A stretch of DNA of 64,000 nucleotides from positions 102,499-166,498 of IMG/VR virus record IMGVR_UViG_3300036780_000209. One strand, written 5' to 3'. This document shows positions 47,098-54,926 of the stretch, piece by piece. The notes beneath the pieces are model-generated. The model was not told the DNA's origin, made no database searches, and saw nothing but the letters and a program-made list of their open reading frames with translations. Position numbers and translations under genes: made by a program. Within the stretch, counting starts at the first letter, position 1; each line of letters begins with the position of its first letter. The DNA is from a virus.

Positions 47098-47170
47098 TGG
47101 AGCGACGGGGACTCGAACCCCGGACCTCTTGCGTGCCACGCAAGCGCTCTACCTGCTGAGCTATAGCCCC
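47098..47170 (-). tRNA. tRNA-Ala(GGC)
   Basis: G3:U70, loop GT GGC AC. Confidence 0.92.
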
Positions 47171-47469
47171 ATGGATCTTCCTGCCAGGGCCGCCCTTATC
47201 CCTGGCAAAACCCCGGCCGGAGCCGAGCAGAGCCCGGGCAGGACCCTGGCAGGAAGTAATTCCCGAACGGTTTGTTTCATGATCAGGCGAGGCTCACACC
47301 AAGACGACGGCCGGAGATCTCCTCCGGCACCATGCCCGCCCGGGAAGTTACTGCCGGCGACCGCGTGAGCCCAGGTTGGCAGCCTGGCGCGCTCGCCGTA
47401 CTTCTCGTTTCCGCTGTGGAGTTCTCAAGAAACGATCACATTACCCGGACTAGGTCCGGTGGTGATCCG

Positions 47470-47540
47470 CAGGCCCGGAGGGACTCGAACCCCCATTACT
47501 GGTTTTGGAGACCAGCGCTCTGCCGTTGAGCTACGTGCCT
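47470..47540 (-). tRNA. tRNA-Trp(CCA)
   Basis: Loop CT CCA AA. Confidence 0.93.
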
Positions 47541-47564
47541 AAGATGATTCAGTTGTACCCCTGT

Positions 47565-47602
47565 AAAACTGAAAGCCGCTGCCCATTTCTTCTGGGAGCG
47601 GC
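47565..47602 (-). terminator. Terminator/attenuator-like hairpin in the tRNA-array leader
   Basis: GCCGCT-CCCA...TGGG-C-AGCGGC followed by TTTCAGTTTT. Confidence 0.55.
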
Positions 47603-47624
47603 CCTCGGGCTTAACAGGGAGCCT

Positions 47625-47735
47625 TTACCCCAGGACCTCTGCCTTCCAGGCAGAGCCCGGCTGGCGGAAGGGGCGCACGATGGTACCGTGCGCGGTGCTT
47701 CCGCACCCTGGCTGCCTGCTGGCTTCGAACCTCAT
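47625..47735 (-). CDS. Possible leaderless 36-aa leader peptide
   Basis: ATG lies 6 nt after the -10 box. Translation MRFEASRQPGCG...KAEVLG*. Confidence 0.4.
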   Translation of the reverse strand: MRFEASRQPGCGSTAHGTIVRPFRQPGSAWKAEVLG

Positions 47736-47741
47736 GAGGAA

Positions 47742-47770
47742 AAGGTAGCACGGCGTCAAGCGGGTGTCAA
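47742..47770 (-). promoter_or_regulatory. SigA/HrdB-type promoter of the tRNA array
   Basis: TTGACA-17 bp-TACCTT with a TGn extension. Confidence 0.7.
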
Positions 47771-47849
47771 ACCTAGTTTCCTTGTATTTTATTTGGGCAG
47801 GTCAGCGGCCCCGTCCCGGGCCGGGAACGGGGCCGCCGGCTGGTGCGGG

Positions 47850-48851
47850 CTACTTCCCTGAGGAAGGGTTCTGGGGAGCGTTGCCCGCGTAGATGTTGCA
47901 GGTGACCTTGACCTGAGCGCACTCATCGACCAGGTCCTTCATGCCGATGAACCACCCGGCATCCTGCGATCCGTAGAGAGTAATGGCCACGGCCTTGCGC
48001 TCCTGGGCTGCCTGCTTCTGGTAGGCCGCCTGCTGCGCGAGCTGGTAGGCGTTCACCACGCCCGAGTCCTGCGGGGTGACCTTGCTGACCTGGATCGCGA
48101 ACGGGGCGCACTTCACCGGGGTGGAGCCCGCCCCGCAGAAGTAGTCCGGCATGCCCTCTGCCCTGCTGCCGTCCAGGAGCTGCAGCTCATTGGGGAGGTC
48201 GGCGGCGATGGCATTGCCCAGGGCCGTCCACTGGCTGTGATCCGTCCAGATGCTCGGGCCGTACTTCGCCAGGGCGAAGCCGGTGGCGTTGTCCAGGGCC
48301 GTCGGGATCAGCTCGTCCTCCATGGCCAGCCAGCCGGGGTCAGAGTTCCTGAGCTTATGGGAGTTGGCCGTGTCATTCTGCGGCGAGTTCGTCGCGCAGG
48401 GATACTTCAGGCAGTACTGCAGGAAATGATTCGCGAACGTCCACGGCAGGGTGGGCTCACCCGGGACCTTGATCTTCTTGTTCAGGCTGATGGCCGGGTT
48501 GATGGTCCAGACCATGAAGCTCTGGATCTCGACGTAGATCGCCGAGTTCTTCACTCCCTTGTCCGGGGCGGTAATCTCGGGCGTCGAGCTGGCACGGTCC
48601 CCGTTCGGACCCGTCTTGTAGTTGCGCGTGCCGCAGGGGAAGTACCAGGTCGTGGTGCCGGATCCCAGCTTGGTGTTGCCGCCGGGAAGGGTGACGTGGA
48701 GCACCGTCTGGTTGGAGAAGTACCCGTGGCCGGTGGTGATGGCGCATTCCGCCAGGCTCGGGTGAATGTGCGAGCCGGCGCAGGCCGTGCTCGTCGCGGC
48801 GACCAGGATGAGCCCGGCCCCGGCGGCAAGCAGCCGCCTCCTTCTACTCAT
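47850..48851 (-). CDS. Lipoprotein, possibly SPFH/band-7-like
   Basis: AAGGA RBS, MSRRRR-hydrophobic-STAC lipobox and a C-terminal AQQ-rich helix. Confidence 0.6.
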   Translation of the reverse strand: MSRRRRLLAAGAGLILVAATSTACAGSHIHPSLAECAITTGHGYFSNQTVLHVTLPGGNTKLGSGTTTWYFPCGTRNYKTGPNGDRASSTPEITAPDKGVKNSAIYVEIQSFMVWTINPAISLNKKIKVPGEPTLPWTFANHFLQYCLKYPCATNSPQNDTANSHKLRNSDPGWLAMEDELIPTALDNATGFALAKYGPSIWTDHSQWTALGNAIAADLPNELQLLDGSRAEGMPDYFCGAGSTPVKCAPFAIQVSKVTPQDSGVVNAYQLAQQAAYQKQAAQERKAVAITLYGSQDAGWFIGMKDLVDECAQVKVTCNIYAGNAPQNPSSGK

Positions 48852-49140
48852 GGGCAATTCCTTTCGTGATCTCGCCCGCCAGCCCGTGGGCTGCGAGCAT
48901 CTGCTCCCTGATGTCCTCAGGGAAGCCCGGGGCATCACCTGCCGAGAGGGCGGTGATGGCCGAGTCGTTGGCGGCCTCCAGCGCCCGCCAGGCACGGACC
49001 CAGGCCGAGCTGCGAGTGTAGGCCAGCCTCTCATTCTTGTACCTGAGGCGCAGGACCTTCATGAGCCGGATCTCGGCGGGAATGCCGATGGCCACGGCAA
49101 TGAGCGCGTAAAACGCGAGCAGCTCTCCGAACCAGTGCAT
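48844..49140 (-). CDS. Membrane-anchored hypothetical protein
   Basis: TAAGGAG RBS and an N-terminal hydrophobic helix. Confidence 0.6.
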   Translation of the reverse strand: MHWFGELLAFYALIAVAIGIPAEIRLMKVLRLRYKNERLAYTRSSAWVRAWRALEAANDSAITALSAGDAPGFPEDIREQMLAAHGLAGEITKGIAHE

Positions 49141-49238
49141 CCGGGTCTCCTTACCTCTGTTGCTTGCAGCAGGAACCTTATCAAGGAACCTTGTAATCAG
49201 TCAAACCGTCACCCGGAGTAACCGGCTTCAAGATCATC

Positions 49239-49528
49239 GGGGGCGCTGGGGCGCTGGGGCGCTGGGTTTCCTTATGAGCTGAGCAAAAGTCATCTGCAAC
49301 CGGTCAACCGCAGAGAGTAGTAATTAGACGGAGAGTGACCGGGCAGGCACAGTTTCTTCGGCTCGCAACAACTTTCCGAATCCCTCCGCCCCAGCGCCCC
49401 AGCGCCCCCGACGGCATCTGACCTGGGTAAAAGCGGGGGCGCTAGGGGAAACACACTGCGCCCCACTACGCCCCACGGAAGGTTATCCACAGGATGTGAG
49501 CGGAAGGTGTGGATAACACAGCGCCCCC
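49239..49528. repeat. GGGGCGCT octamer repeats in direct and inverted arrays
   Basis: Three copies at 49239-49266, two inverted at ~49388-49408, and singles at ~49435 and ~49520. Confidence 0.8.
49483..49516. promoter_or_regulatory. Inverted pair of perfect DnaA boxes
   Basis: TTATCCACA (49483-49491) and TGTGGATAA (49508-49516). Confidence 0.75.
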
Positions 49529-49536
49529 GCGTATCG

Positions 49537-49950
49537 TCACTCTGGGTCACTGCGGAAGCGCCATGTCCTGACCCCGGAACCTTTGCGGGAAGGACGGAGG
49601 GCGACCTCCCAGCCGGCTGGCTCCAGCCGGCCGCGTAGCTGCCGGATGGCTTTCCCTGCGAGGTAGTAGTCGTCACCCGGAAGAACTTCTATAAGACTAT
49701 TAACAGAGAATACTTTTTTAGTTTTCTTAAAAGAATATATAAAAGCTACTACCTTCTCTATATCCCATATGTAAATAAGGCCGAGGTAAGCTCTACGCGC
49801 CTGATCCTCGGAGTGCCCGGACAGCGTCCTCCAGATCTCTACGAAGTCCTCTTCGTCACGCGCATTGGCATGGACGGCAGCCATCGCATGCGCCAGCTCC
49901 CTTCTCTCGGCTTCCCTGCCCCTGGCCAGGGCCAGCTCAGTCTCGTTCAT
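49537..49950 (-). CDS. Hypothetical protein spanning an AT-rich tract
   Basis: 137-aa ORF. Confidence 0.5.
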   Translation of the reverse strand: MNETELALARGREAERRELAHAMAAVHANARDEEDFVEIWRTLSGHSEDQARRAYLGLIYIWDIEKVVAFIYSFKKTKKVFSVNSLIEVLPGDDYYLAGKAIRQLRGRLEPAGWEVALRPSRKGSGVRTWRFRSDPE

Positions 49951-50073
49951 CGTCTTTCTTTGCCTGTCTGGTTGTGGTTACGCGGGGAATGACCTAGCAT
50001 CGGACCCCACTGTGCCCGCACCTGTTCAGGGCTCGCGGGCGGTAGTCCCCAGTCTCACAGAAGGAGAAAAACC

Positions 50074-50862
50074 ATGCCGACTATCGGCCAGCTCCTGGCC
50101 GTCCGTGACGGTCACAGGCGCGACTTCGAGAAGATCATCAACTACCTCGACCAGAAGGGGCTGTGCAAGCACCACGAGTGGGCCAGCGGCTTCCACACCA
50201 CGCACCAGCCCTTCGCGGAGGATGCCGAGGGCATCCAGCATGACAAGCAGCCCGACCAGGGCAAGACGGTCCAGACGACCGTGGAGCAGGAGCTGGGCCT
50301 GGTACGCCCTGCCTTCGAGCGGTACCTGGACACCGAGCTGACCATCGACGCGGCCAACCAGGGGGCGAGGGGGGACGTTGTCGTGAACGGCGTCGCCCTG
50401 GCCGAGGACATCCCGGTCGTCACGCTCCTGTGGTGGGAAGGCCGGATCGCCGAGCTGATCGGCGTCTTCGGGAAGCTCCCGGTCCTGGAGCCCGACCAGC
50501 ACTGGACCTTTGACTCGGCCCGGGACATGCACGTGTCGGACCCGGTGCTGACCAAAACCACCCGGCGCACGAACGTGATCAAGGTCGCCATCGCGCCGAC
50601 CGAGCACCAGCCCGGCCAGTTCGCGCAGTGGCAGGATGACGTGCCGAACGGGATGAAGACCACCGTCCAGCTCTCCGGCAAGATGACCGCCGAGGATCAC
50701 CGGGCGCTGATCGCCCGGCTGCGCGTCCTCCAGGACGCGGTCAAGCTGGGCCGCGAGGAGGGCAACCGGGTTGACGCGAGCCGCCGCCGGGCAGGCCGTG
50801 CCCTGGCGGCCTTCGTCTTCGACGGCGAGCTTCCTACCGGGAAGAGCGCCAAGGTAAGCTAA
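50074..50862 (+). CDS. Conserved actinobacterial protein (DUF7873-like)
   Basis: AAGGAG RBS. Motifs QLLAV, D.AN..ARGDVVV.G..LA.DIPV..LL..E, LPVL, APTEHQPGQ, SG and LQDAVK..REE.N recognised from memory. Confidence 0.8.
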   Translation: MPTIGQLLAVRDGHRRDFEKIINYLDQKGLCKHHEWASGFHTTHQPFAEDAEGIQHDKQPDQGKTVQTTVEQELGLVRPAFERYLDTELTIDAANQGARGDVVVNGVALAEDIPVVTLLWWEGRIAELIGVFGKLPVLEPDQHWTFDSARDMHVSDPVLTKTTRRTNVIKVAIAPTEHQPGQFAQWQDDVPNGMKTTVQLSGKMTAEDHRALIARLRVLQDAVKLGREEGNRVDASRRRAGRALAAFVFDGELPTGKSAKVS

Positions 50863-50863
50863 A

Positions 50864-51240
50864 GGCGCTCTGCACGGAACCACTGAGCTGAGGCCCCGAT
50901 CCGGTTGACCGGACGGGGCCTCATCCATTACAGTCTTCCTTGGCAACAAGCTCAAGTTCAAGCTCAAGCTGATCGCCAGCGAAGCCAGCAGTCGCAGGTT
51001 CGAATCCTGCCCCCTGCACCCGTGCAGGGGTACCTCAGCCCGGATAGAGGACTGGTCGCAGCGTCAAGCTCAAGCTCGTGCCGAAGCTCAGACCAGCCAC
51101 CGGTACCCGATCGAGACCGACGGGAAACGGGCAAACTGTGGGGGTTCGATTCCTCCCGGGGCGGCCACGACGCCCCGTAGCTCAACGGCAGAGCATGTGC
51201 CCCTCAGAGATGAACCGCACGGTTAAAAGCTGCAGGTGCC
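50864..51240 (+). ncRNA. Candidate ~377-nt RNA with two permuted tRNA modules and CAAGCT repeats
   Basis: Ends pair (GGCGC-T-CTGCA / TGCAG-GTGCC). Modules at 50994-51050 and 51140-51194. Confidence 0.75.
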
Positions 51241-51285
51241 GTTATGTGGAATTGTCAGCAGACAGTAAATCTGCCATACATAAAC

Positions 51286-51316
51286 AGGAGGGGCCGGCAG
51301 GCTAGCCGGCCCCTCC
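51286..51316. terminator. Stem-loop between convergent units
   Basis: GGAGGGGCCGGC/GCCGGCCCCTCC. Confidence 0.6.
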
Positions 51317-51369
51317 GCCACGTTCCGTATACGGAACGTGGCGAGATTGCGTTCCGTATACGGAACGCA
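51316..51369. repeat. Two tandem perfect palindromes sharing CGTTCCGTATACGGAACG
   Basis: 28 bp at 51316-51343 and 22 bp at 51348-51369. Confidence 0.9.
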
Positions 51370-51374
51370 GCCGG

Positions 51375-51581
51375 CTACTGGGTGGCCAGCGCCCCGCTGA
51401 TCAGGCGGTGCGCCTCGTGCAGGCCCTTGCGGTCGAAGGTGACCCGGGACTCGCTCTTGTAAATGTCCCGGCCCTGCTCATCGGTAAGCACGAACGTGTT
51501 CGTGAGGGTCCAGAACCGGCCGCTGAACTCCAGCTCGATGTCATTCCGTGAAGTGTCAGGCATCTTCATTCCCTGCGCCAT
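51375..51581 (-). CDS. Hypothetical protein
   Basis: Last ORF of the small-gene run. Confidence 0.55.
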   Translation of the reverse strand: MAQGMKMPDTSRNDIELEFSGRFWTLTNTFVLTDEQGRDIYKSESRVTFDRKGLHEAHRLISGALATQ

Positions 51582-51596
51582 GCTCCGAGCTTACGC

Positions 51597-51854
51597 TCAG
51601 CGGTGGGTGATCTCATTCCAGTATGCCCGGGTTGCGGGAGTCTCGTTATCGCGCAGGACCGCCTGTATTCTTTGCGCGTGGCCTCGGTAGGCCTGTGAGG
51701 ATATCTTCACGGAGGCCGCTGTGCGGATATCCTCACGCGGCTCCGGGAGGTCCCTTACGAGGCGGTCAAGCTCCCGGGTCCAGATGGCTGCCCCGGCCGC
51801 GTCCAGGCGCTCACGGAAGTCCTCGAAGCCGAGCTGGCCGCCCTCCAGGGCCAT
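51597..51854 (-). CDS. Hypothetical protein
   Basis: 85-aa ORF. Confidence 0.5.
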   Translation of the reverse strand: MALEGGQLGFEDFRERLDAAGAAIWTRELDRLVRDLPEPREDIRTAASVKISSQAYRGHAQRIQAVLRDNETPATRAYWNEITHR

Positions 51855-51864
51855 GTCCAGGCGC

Positions 51865-52203
51865 TCAAACGCCTGGTCCCTGTCGGTAGTCCCCGGCCCG
51901 CCGCGACCTGATGGTCAGCTCCCGCTCGTCCTCTTCCCACCAGGCGAGCAGCAGGGCCTCGGTCTCGGCCTGACGGGCACCGGGCAGCCTGCCCGCCCGC
52001 TCGCGGATCTTCACCAGGACGGCCCGGCAATTCGGCCGGGCCACCTGGCAGAAGTAGCAGAACTGGCCCGGGTAGGCGTAGAGGGTGCCGCAGGCATGAG
52101 GATCGTGCGTGCAGCAGCATTCCCGGCTGGCCTTCCAGGCCTTGTTGTCCTCGAAGCCCAGCCTCAGCGCCTGCTCACCGGTCAGGTGCTGAGGCTCGCT
52201 CAC
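51865..52203 (-). CDS. Cys/His-rich hypothetical protein
   Basis: GTGA overlap. Contains CCCTHDPHAC...CYFC. Confidence 0.5.
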   Translation of the reverse strand: MSEPQHLTGEQALRLGFEDNKAWKASRECCCTHDPHACGTLYAYPGQFCYFCQVARPNCRAVLVKIRERAGRLPGARQAETEALLLAWWEEDERELTIRSRRAGDYRQGPGV

Positions 52204-52439
52204 TTCTGGCTGTCCCAGGCGTCCAGGATCCGGCGCAGTTCCCTGTCGTCCGGATCTCCCAGGGCATCGCGCAGCTCGGCTGCCGTGGGCTGCGGCTTGA
52301 CGCCGGCTGTCACATGCGTCATCAGGGAGATGATGTGCTGCTTGCGCTCGCGCTTCCACCGCACGTCATCTCCGGTGACGCGCTCGCAGGCCAGGCCCAG
52401 GGCCTGATTCAGGGTCTTGCGATCATCATCGGTAATCAT
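52200..52439 (-). CDS. Hypothetical protein
   Basis: 79-aa ORF. Confidence 0.55.
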   Translation of the reverse strand: MITDDDRKTLNQALGLACERVTGDDVRWKRERKQHIISLMTHVTAGVKPQPTAAELRDALGDPDDRELRRILDAWDSQK

Positions 52440-52448
52440 GACCCGAGC

Positions 52449-52688
52449 TTAGCCGTCGTTACTGGCGAACCCCGTGGCATAGCCGTAGAAGTAGCCGCAC
52501 CAGAAGTGGGCGAAGCACTTGTCCTCAGCGCTCAGCTCGCTGTCGTGGATGACTTTCTGGGCCCTGGCGGTCGCGTCCATGTCGGACGGGTCGAAGGCGA
52601 CGATCTCGCGCTCGCTGCCGTCCTCGAACAGGCGCACCCTGTCGCCGTGGACCTGGATCAGGTAAAGCTCGCTCGGGAGCCTGGCCAT
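52449..52688 (-). CDS. Hypothetical protein
   Basis: Start at MARLPSE after GGAAGG. Confidence 0.55.
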   Translation of the reverse strand: MARLPSELYLIQVHGDRVRLFEDGSEREIVAFDPSDMDATARAQKVIHDSELSAEDKCFAHFWCGYFYGYATGFASNDG

Positions 52689-52728
52689 GGGGGGCACCTT
52701 CCTATTGATTACAAGGAAGATTACAGTA

Positions 52729-52944
52729 TCAGAGTTCCTGCTCGATCTTCGTCGAGGTGGTGACCAGGAGCCCGAGCCGGGAGTACTCCCGGTTGAAGCT
52801 GATCCGGGATATCTCCCGGGCCAGGTCACCCCTGACCTTGCGCTGGAGCTGCTCGTTCTCCTCGTCGGTCAGCGGGGGCTCGTTCAGCCCGAAATCGCCG
52901 CCGGCCCGGGTGGCGATCACATAGTGAATCGCGATGTTCTTCAC
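52729..52944 (-). CDS. Hypothetical protein
   Basis: GGAG RBS and GTGA overlap. Confidence 0.5.
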   Translation of the reverse strand: MKNIAIHYVIATRAGGDFGLNEPPLTDEENEQLQRKVRGDLAREISRISFNREYSRLGLLVTTSTKIEQEL

Positions 52945-53153
52945 GGTCCTATCTCCCAGGCCGTATCGCGGGCCTCGGCCAGCATGGCCAGGAACGAGGC
53001 GGAGGTGACCTCCTCGGAGCCGTGCCGGTTCATCAGCTCGAAGGCCAGCCGCAGCGCCCTCTCGTCCGTCATGCTCTCGCCGCAGGACAGGAACTGCTGG
53101 GCGATCATGACCTCGACCACGGCCAGGGCCGTGCGGTCGCCGTGGATGCTCAT
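52941..53153 (-). CDS. Hypothetical protein
   Basis: GGAGG RBS and ATGA overlap. Confidence 0.55.
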   Translation of the reverse strand: MSIHGDRTALAVVEVMIAQQFLSCGESMTDERALRLAFELMNRHGSEEVTSASFLAMLAEARDTAWEIGP

Positions 53154-53365
53154 GCGGCTTCCTCCAGGTACCTGACGCAGCGCCGGGCGACCTCCACGTA
53201 CTCCGGAGCCGGGGTCTTCGTGACCTCCTGGCCGGGCACGTACACCGACCACAGCTCGTCCTGCATCGCCTCGGGCAGGGCGAACCAGTGGCTGCGGCAC
53301 ATGAACATGCGCGGCGGCACCGGGACCTTGCAGCCGGTCGCATGGCAATGGTGAGCGGGCATCAT
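53150..53365 (-). CDS. Small Zn-finger protein
   Basis: HCHATGC...MFMCRSHWFALP. Confidence 0.6.
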   Translation of the reverse strand: MMPAHHCHATGCKVPVPPRMFMCRSHWFALPEAMQDELWSVYVPGQEVTKTPAPEYVEVARRCVRYLEEAA

Positions 53366-53511
53366 GCCTCCAGGCTCACGAGCGGGCCGAGACTGCCGCA
53401 CTTGCGGCAGTCCAGGTGGCAGGTCTCAAGCTCCTCGTCGTACACCAGGTACCAGAGCAGTCCCCCGCAGACCTCGCAGGCGACTGACCCCTTCGGGCGG
53501 GCCGGAATCAC
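53362..53511 (-). CDS. Small Zn-ribbon protein
   Basis: Hand translation ...CEVCGG...CRKCG, with GGAGG RBS and overlaps on both sides. Confidence 0.5.
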   Translation of the reverse strand: MIPARPKGSVACEVCGGLLWYLVYDEELETCHLDCRKCGSLGPLVSLEA

Positions 53512-53771
53512 ACCAGGCCTCCGTGGGACTCGTTCGCGTGCTTCTCGATCGCGTCCCTGATGTCACCCAGGTCCGTATCCCTCCCGGGGAGGAACACGCT
53601 GCCGGTGGACACCAGGACCTGGTCGCAGGGGTTAGCCGGCGGCGGGTCCTCCTCGGACAGCCCCCACGGCGGCAGGGACTCGCCTGCCGGGGCACGGCAG
53701 GTAATGCCGTGCAGGGTTATCCTCACCGGCCAGTGCAGGGTGCCCTCATAGACGCTCTCGTGGTTGCTCAT
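53508..53771 (-). CDS. Hypothetical protein
   Basis: 87-aa ORF. Confidence 0.5.
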   Translation of the reverse strand: MSNHESVYEGTLHWPVRITLHGITCRAPAGESLPPWGLSEEDPPPANPCDQVLVSTGSVFLPGRDTDLGDIRDAIEKHANESHGGLV

Positions 53772-53849
53772 GACGGCAGCCTTAGCAAATGAGCCGGGGG
53801 CACTGGTGATTCGGCTCCTGGAGCTGGTGGCATTCCGGGCACTGGATCA

Positions 53850-54038
53850 TCATGCCTGGTCCCTCCTGATCTGCCCGGTCTCCCGCCGGATCTCTGCCGT
53901 CCCGGCCCTGATCCGGGCGGTCTCCCGCCTGACCCGGTCCGTCTTGCGGTCGATGCAAGCAGCCCTGGCGAGGAGGATGACCGCCGCCGGCACGCAGAGG
54001 ACGACGATGCCGAGGCAGATGAGCGCGAAGATGATCAC
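53850..54038 (-). CDS. Small membrane protein
   Basis: N-terminal hydrophobic helix. Confidence 0.5.
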   Translation of the reverse strand: MIIFALICLGIVVLCVPAAVILLARAACIDRKTDRVRRETARIRAGTAEIRRETGQIRRDQA

Positions 54039-54451
54039 GGGTCGCCGCTGCCGTCGTCACCGGTTCCGGCGCGGAGGTAGTCCTTCCAGTCCACCGGGCC
54101 GTTCTCTGTCCAGAAGCGCCAGCTCGGGTGCCGCCGGCCGGCAATCACGAGGGTCCACAGGACGCCATCGATGCCGGTGATCTTGTGCGCGAGGTGCAGC
54201 GGCATGGCATGCAGGGACCAGCGGCGGTGCTCGCGGATCCGGGCGTCACGAGAGCCCGGTTCACTGTAAATGACTTCCGTGTAGCCACCGGACAGGATAA
54301 AGGACGCGAATGCCCACGGGTGGTCGTGCGGGTCCCGGTCAAGGTCGGGGGCATGGATCCGGTGCAGCAGGACGGAGAACCACGGCGTCTGGACCACGCG
54401 CAGCCGCGACAGGTACGGCCTGCCGTCCTTGATGATGTCGAAGCCCTCCAT
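54035..54451 (-). CDS. Cupin-like protein
   Basis: LHRI..PD.DRDPHDHPW.F.SFILSGGY.E...H.I....WTLV. Confidence 0.7.
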   Translation of the reverse strand: MEGFDIIKDGRPYLSRLRVVQTPWFSVLLHRIHAPDLDRDPHDHPWAFASFILSGGYTEVIYSEPGSRDARIREHRRWSLHAMPLHLAHKITGIDGVLWTLVIAGRRHPSWRFWTENGPVDWKDYLRAGTGDDGSGDP

Positions 54452-54489
54452 GAGGGCCCACCGGGGCGATCTCGCGCCTGCGCTCGTAC

Positions 54490-54693
54490 TCATGCGGGGA
54501 AGGCTAGCAGCCGGTGGTGCTCGTGCACCGCGTGTCCCGAGGCCCCGCAGGTGTCTCCCCCGGCGGTGGTGTGATTGGCCAGCTTCCCGCTGACGACGCT
54601 GACCCACTGGCCGCACTGGTCACAGTTCACTTCCGGCTTCCCTTCCCAGGATGACGTGCAGCAGGTATGGGGTGGTGCGGCTGCCAACTCCAT
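54490..54693 (-). CDS. Small Cys/His-rich protein
   Basis: CDQCG...H...C. Confidence 0.4.
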   Translation of the reverse strand: MELAAAPPHTCCTSSWEGKPEVNCDQCGQWVSVVSGKLANHTTAGGDTCGASGHAVHEHHRLLAFPA

Positions 54694-54701
54694 GAGGGCT
54701 C

Positions 54702-54926
54702 TCAAAGGCCAAGTTCTCCAGCAGCTTGCTCAGCAGCCACTACATCCTCGGCGAGAGTCATCCCCGCTATGCACCACTCCAGGAAGGTCCGAGCATTGGG
54801 ATTACGACGCAAACGGTTCCAGGCCGCTTCCTGGTTCTGCGCATCACCGACGAGCTTCTCCAGAGCGTGGAGTTCCACGCACCCGAGAACAACGACGATG
54901 CCAATCACCTGCAAGATGTCCTTCAT
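54702..54926 (-). CDS. Membrane-anchored hypothetical protein
   Basis: 74-aa ORF. Confidence 0.5.
   Translation of the reverse strand: MKDILQVIGIVVVLGCVELHALEKLVGDAQNQEAAWNRLRRNPNARTFLEWCIAGMTLAEDVVAAEQAAGELGL

Noticed and set aside
38844-47469. HDV-like (theta), hammerhead or twister ribozymes after tRNAs
   Set aside because: I could not assemble a full catalytic core by eye. A motif search is still worthwhile.
38770-47540. Many 60-180-aa ORFs listed across the tRNA array
   Set aside because: They overlap clear cloverleaves, lack RBSs and read as GC-rich noise.
50947-51090. CRISPR array
   Set aside because: Hexamer repeats without regular spacers, and no cas genes.
51316-51369. parS site
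   Set aside because: Does not match TGTTTCACGTGAAACA.
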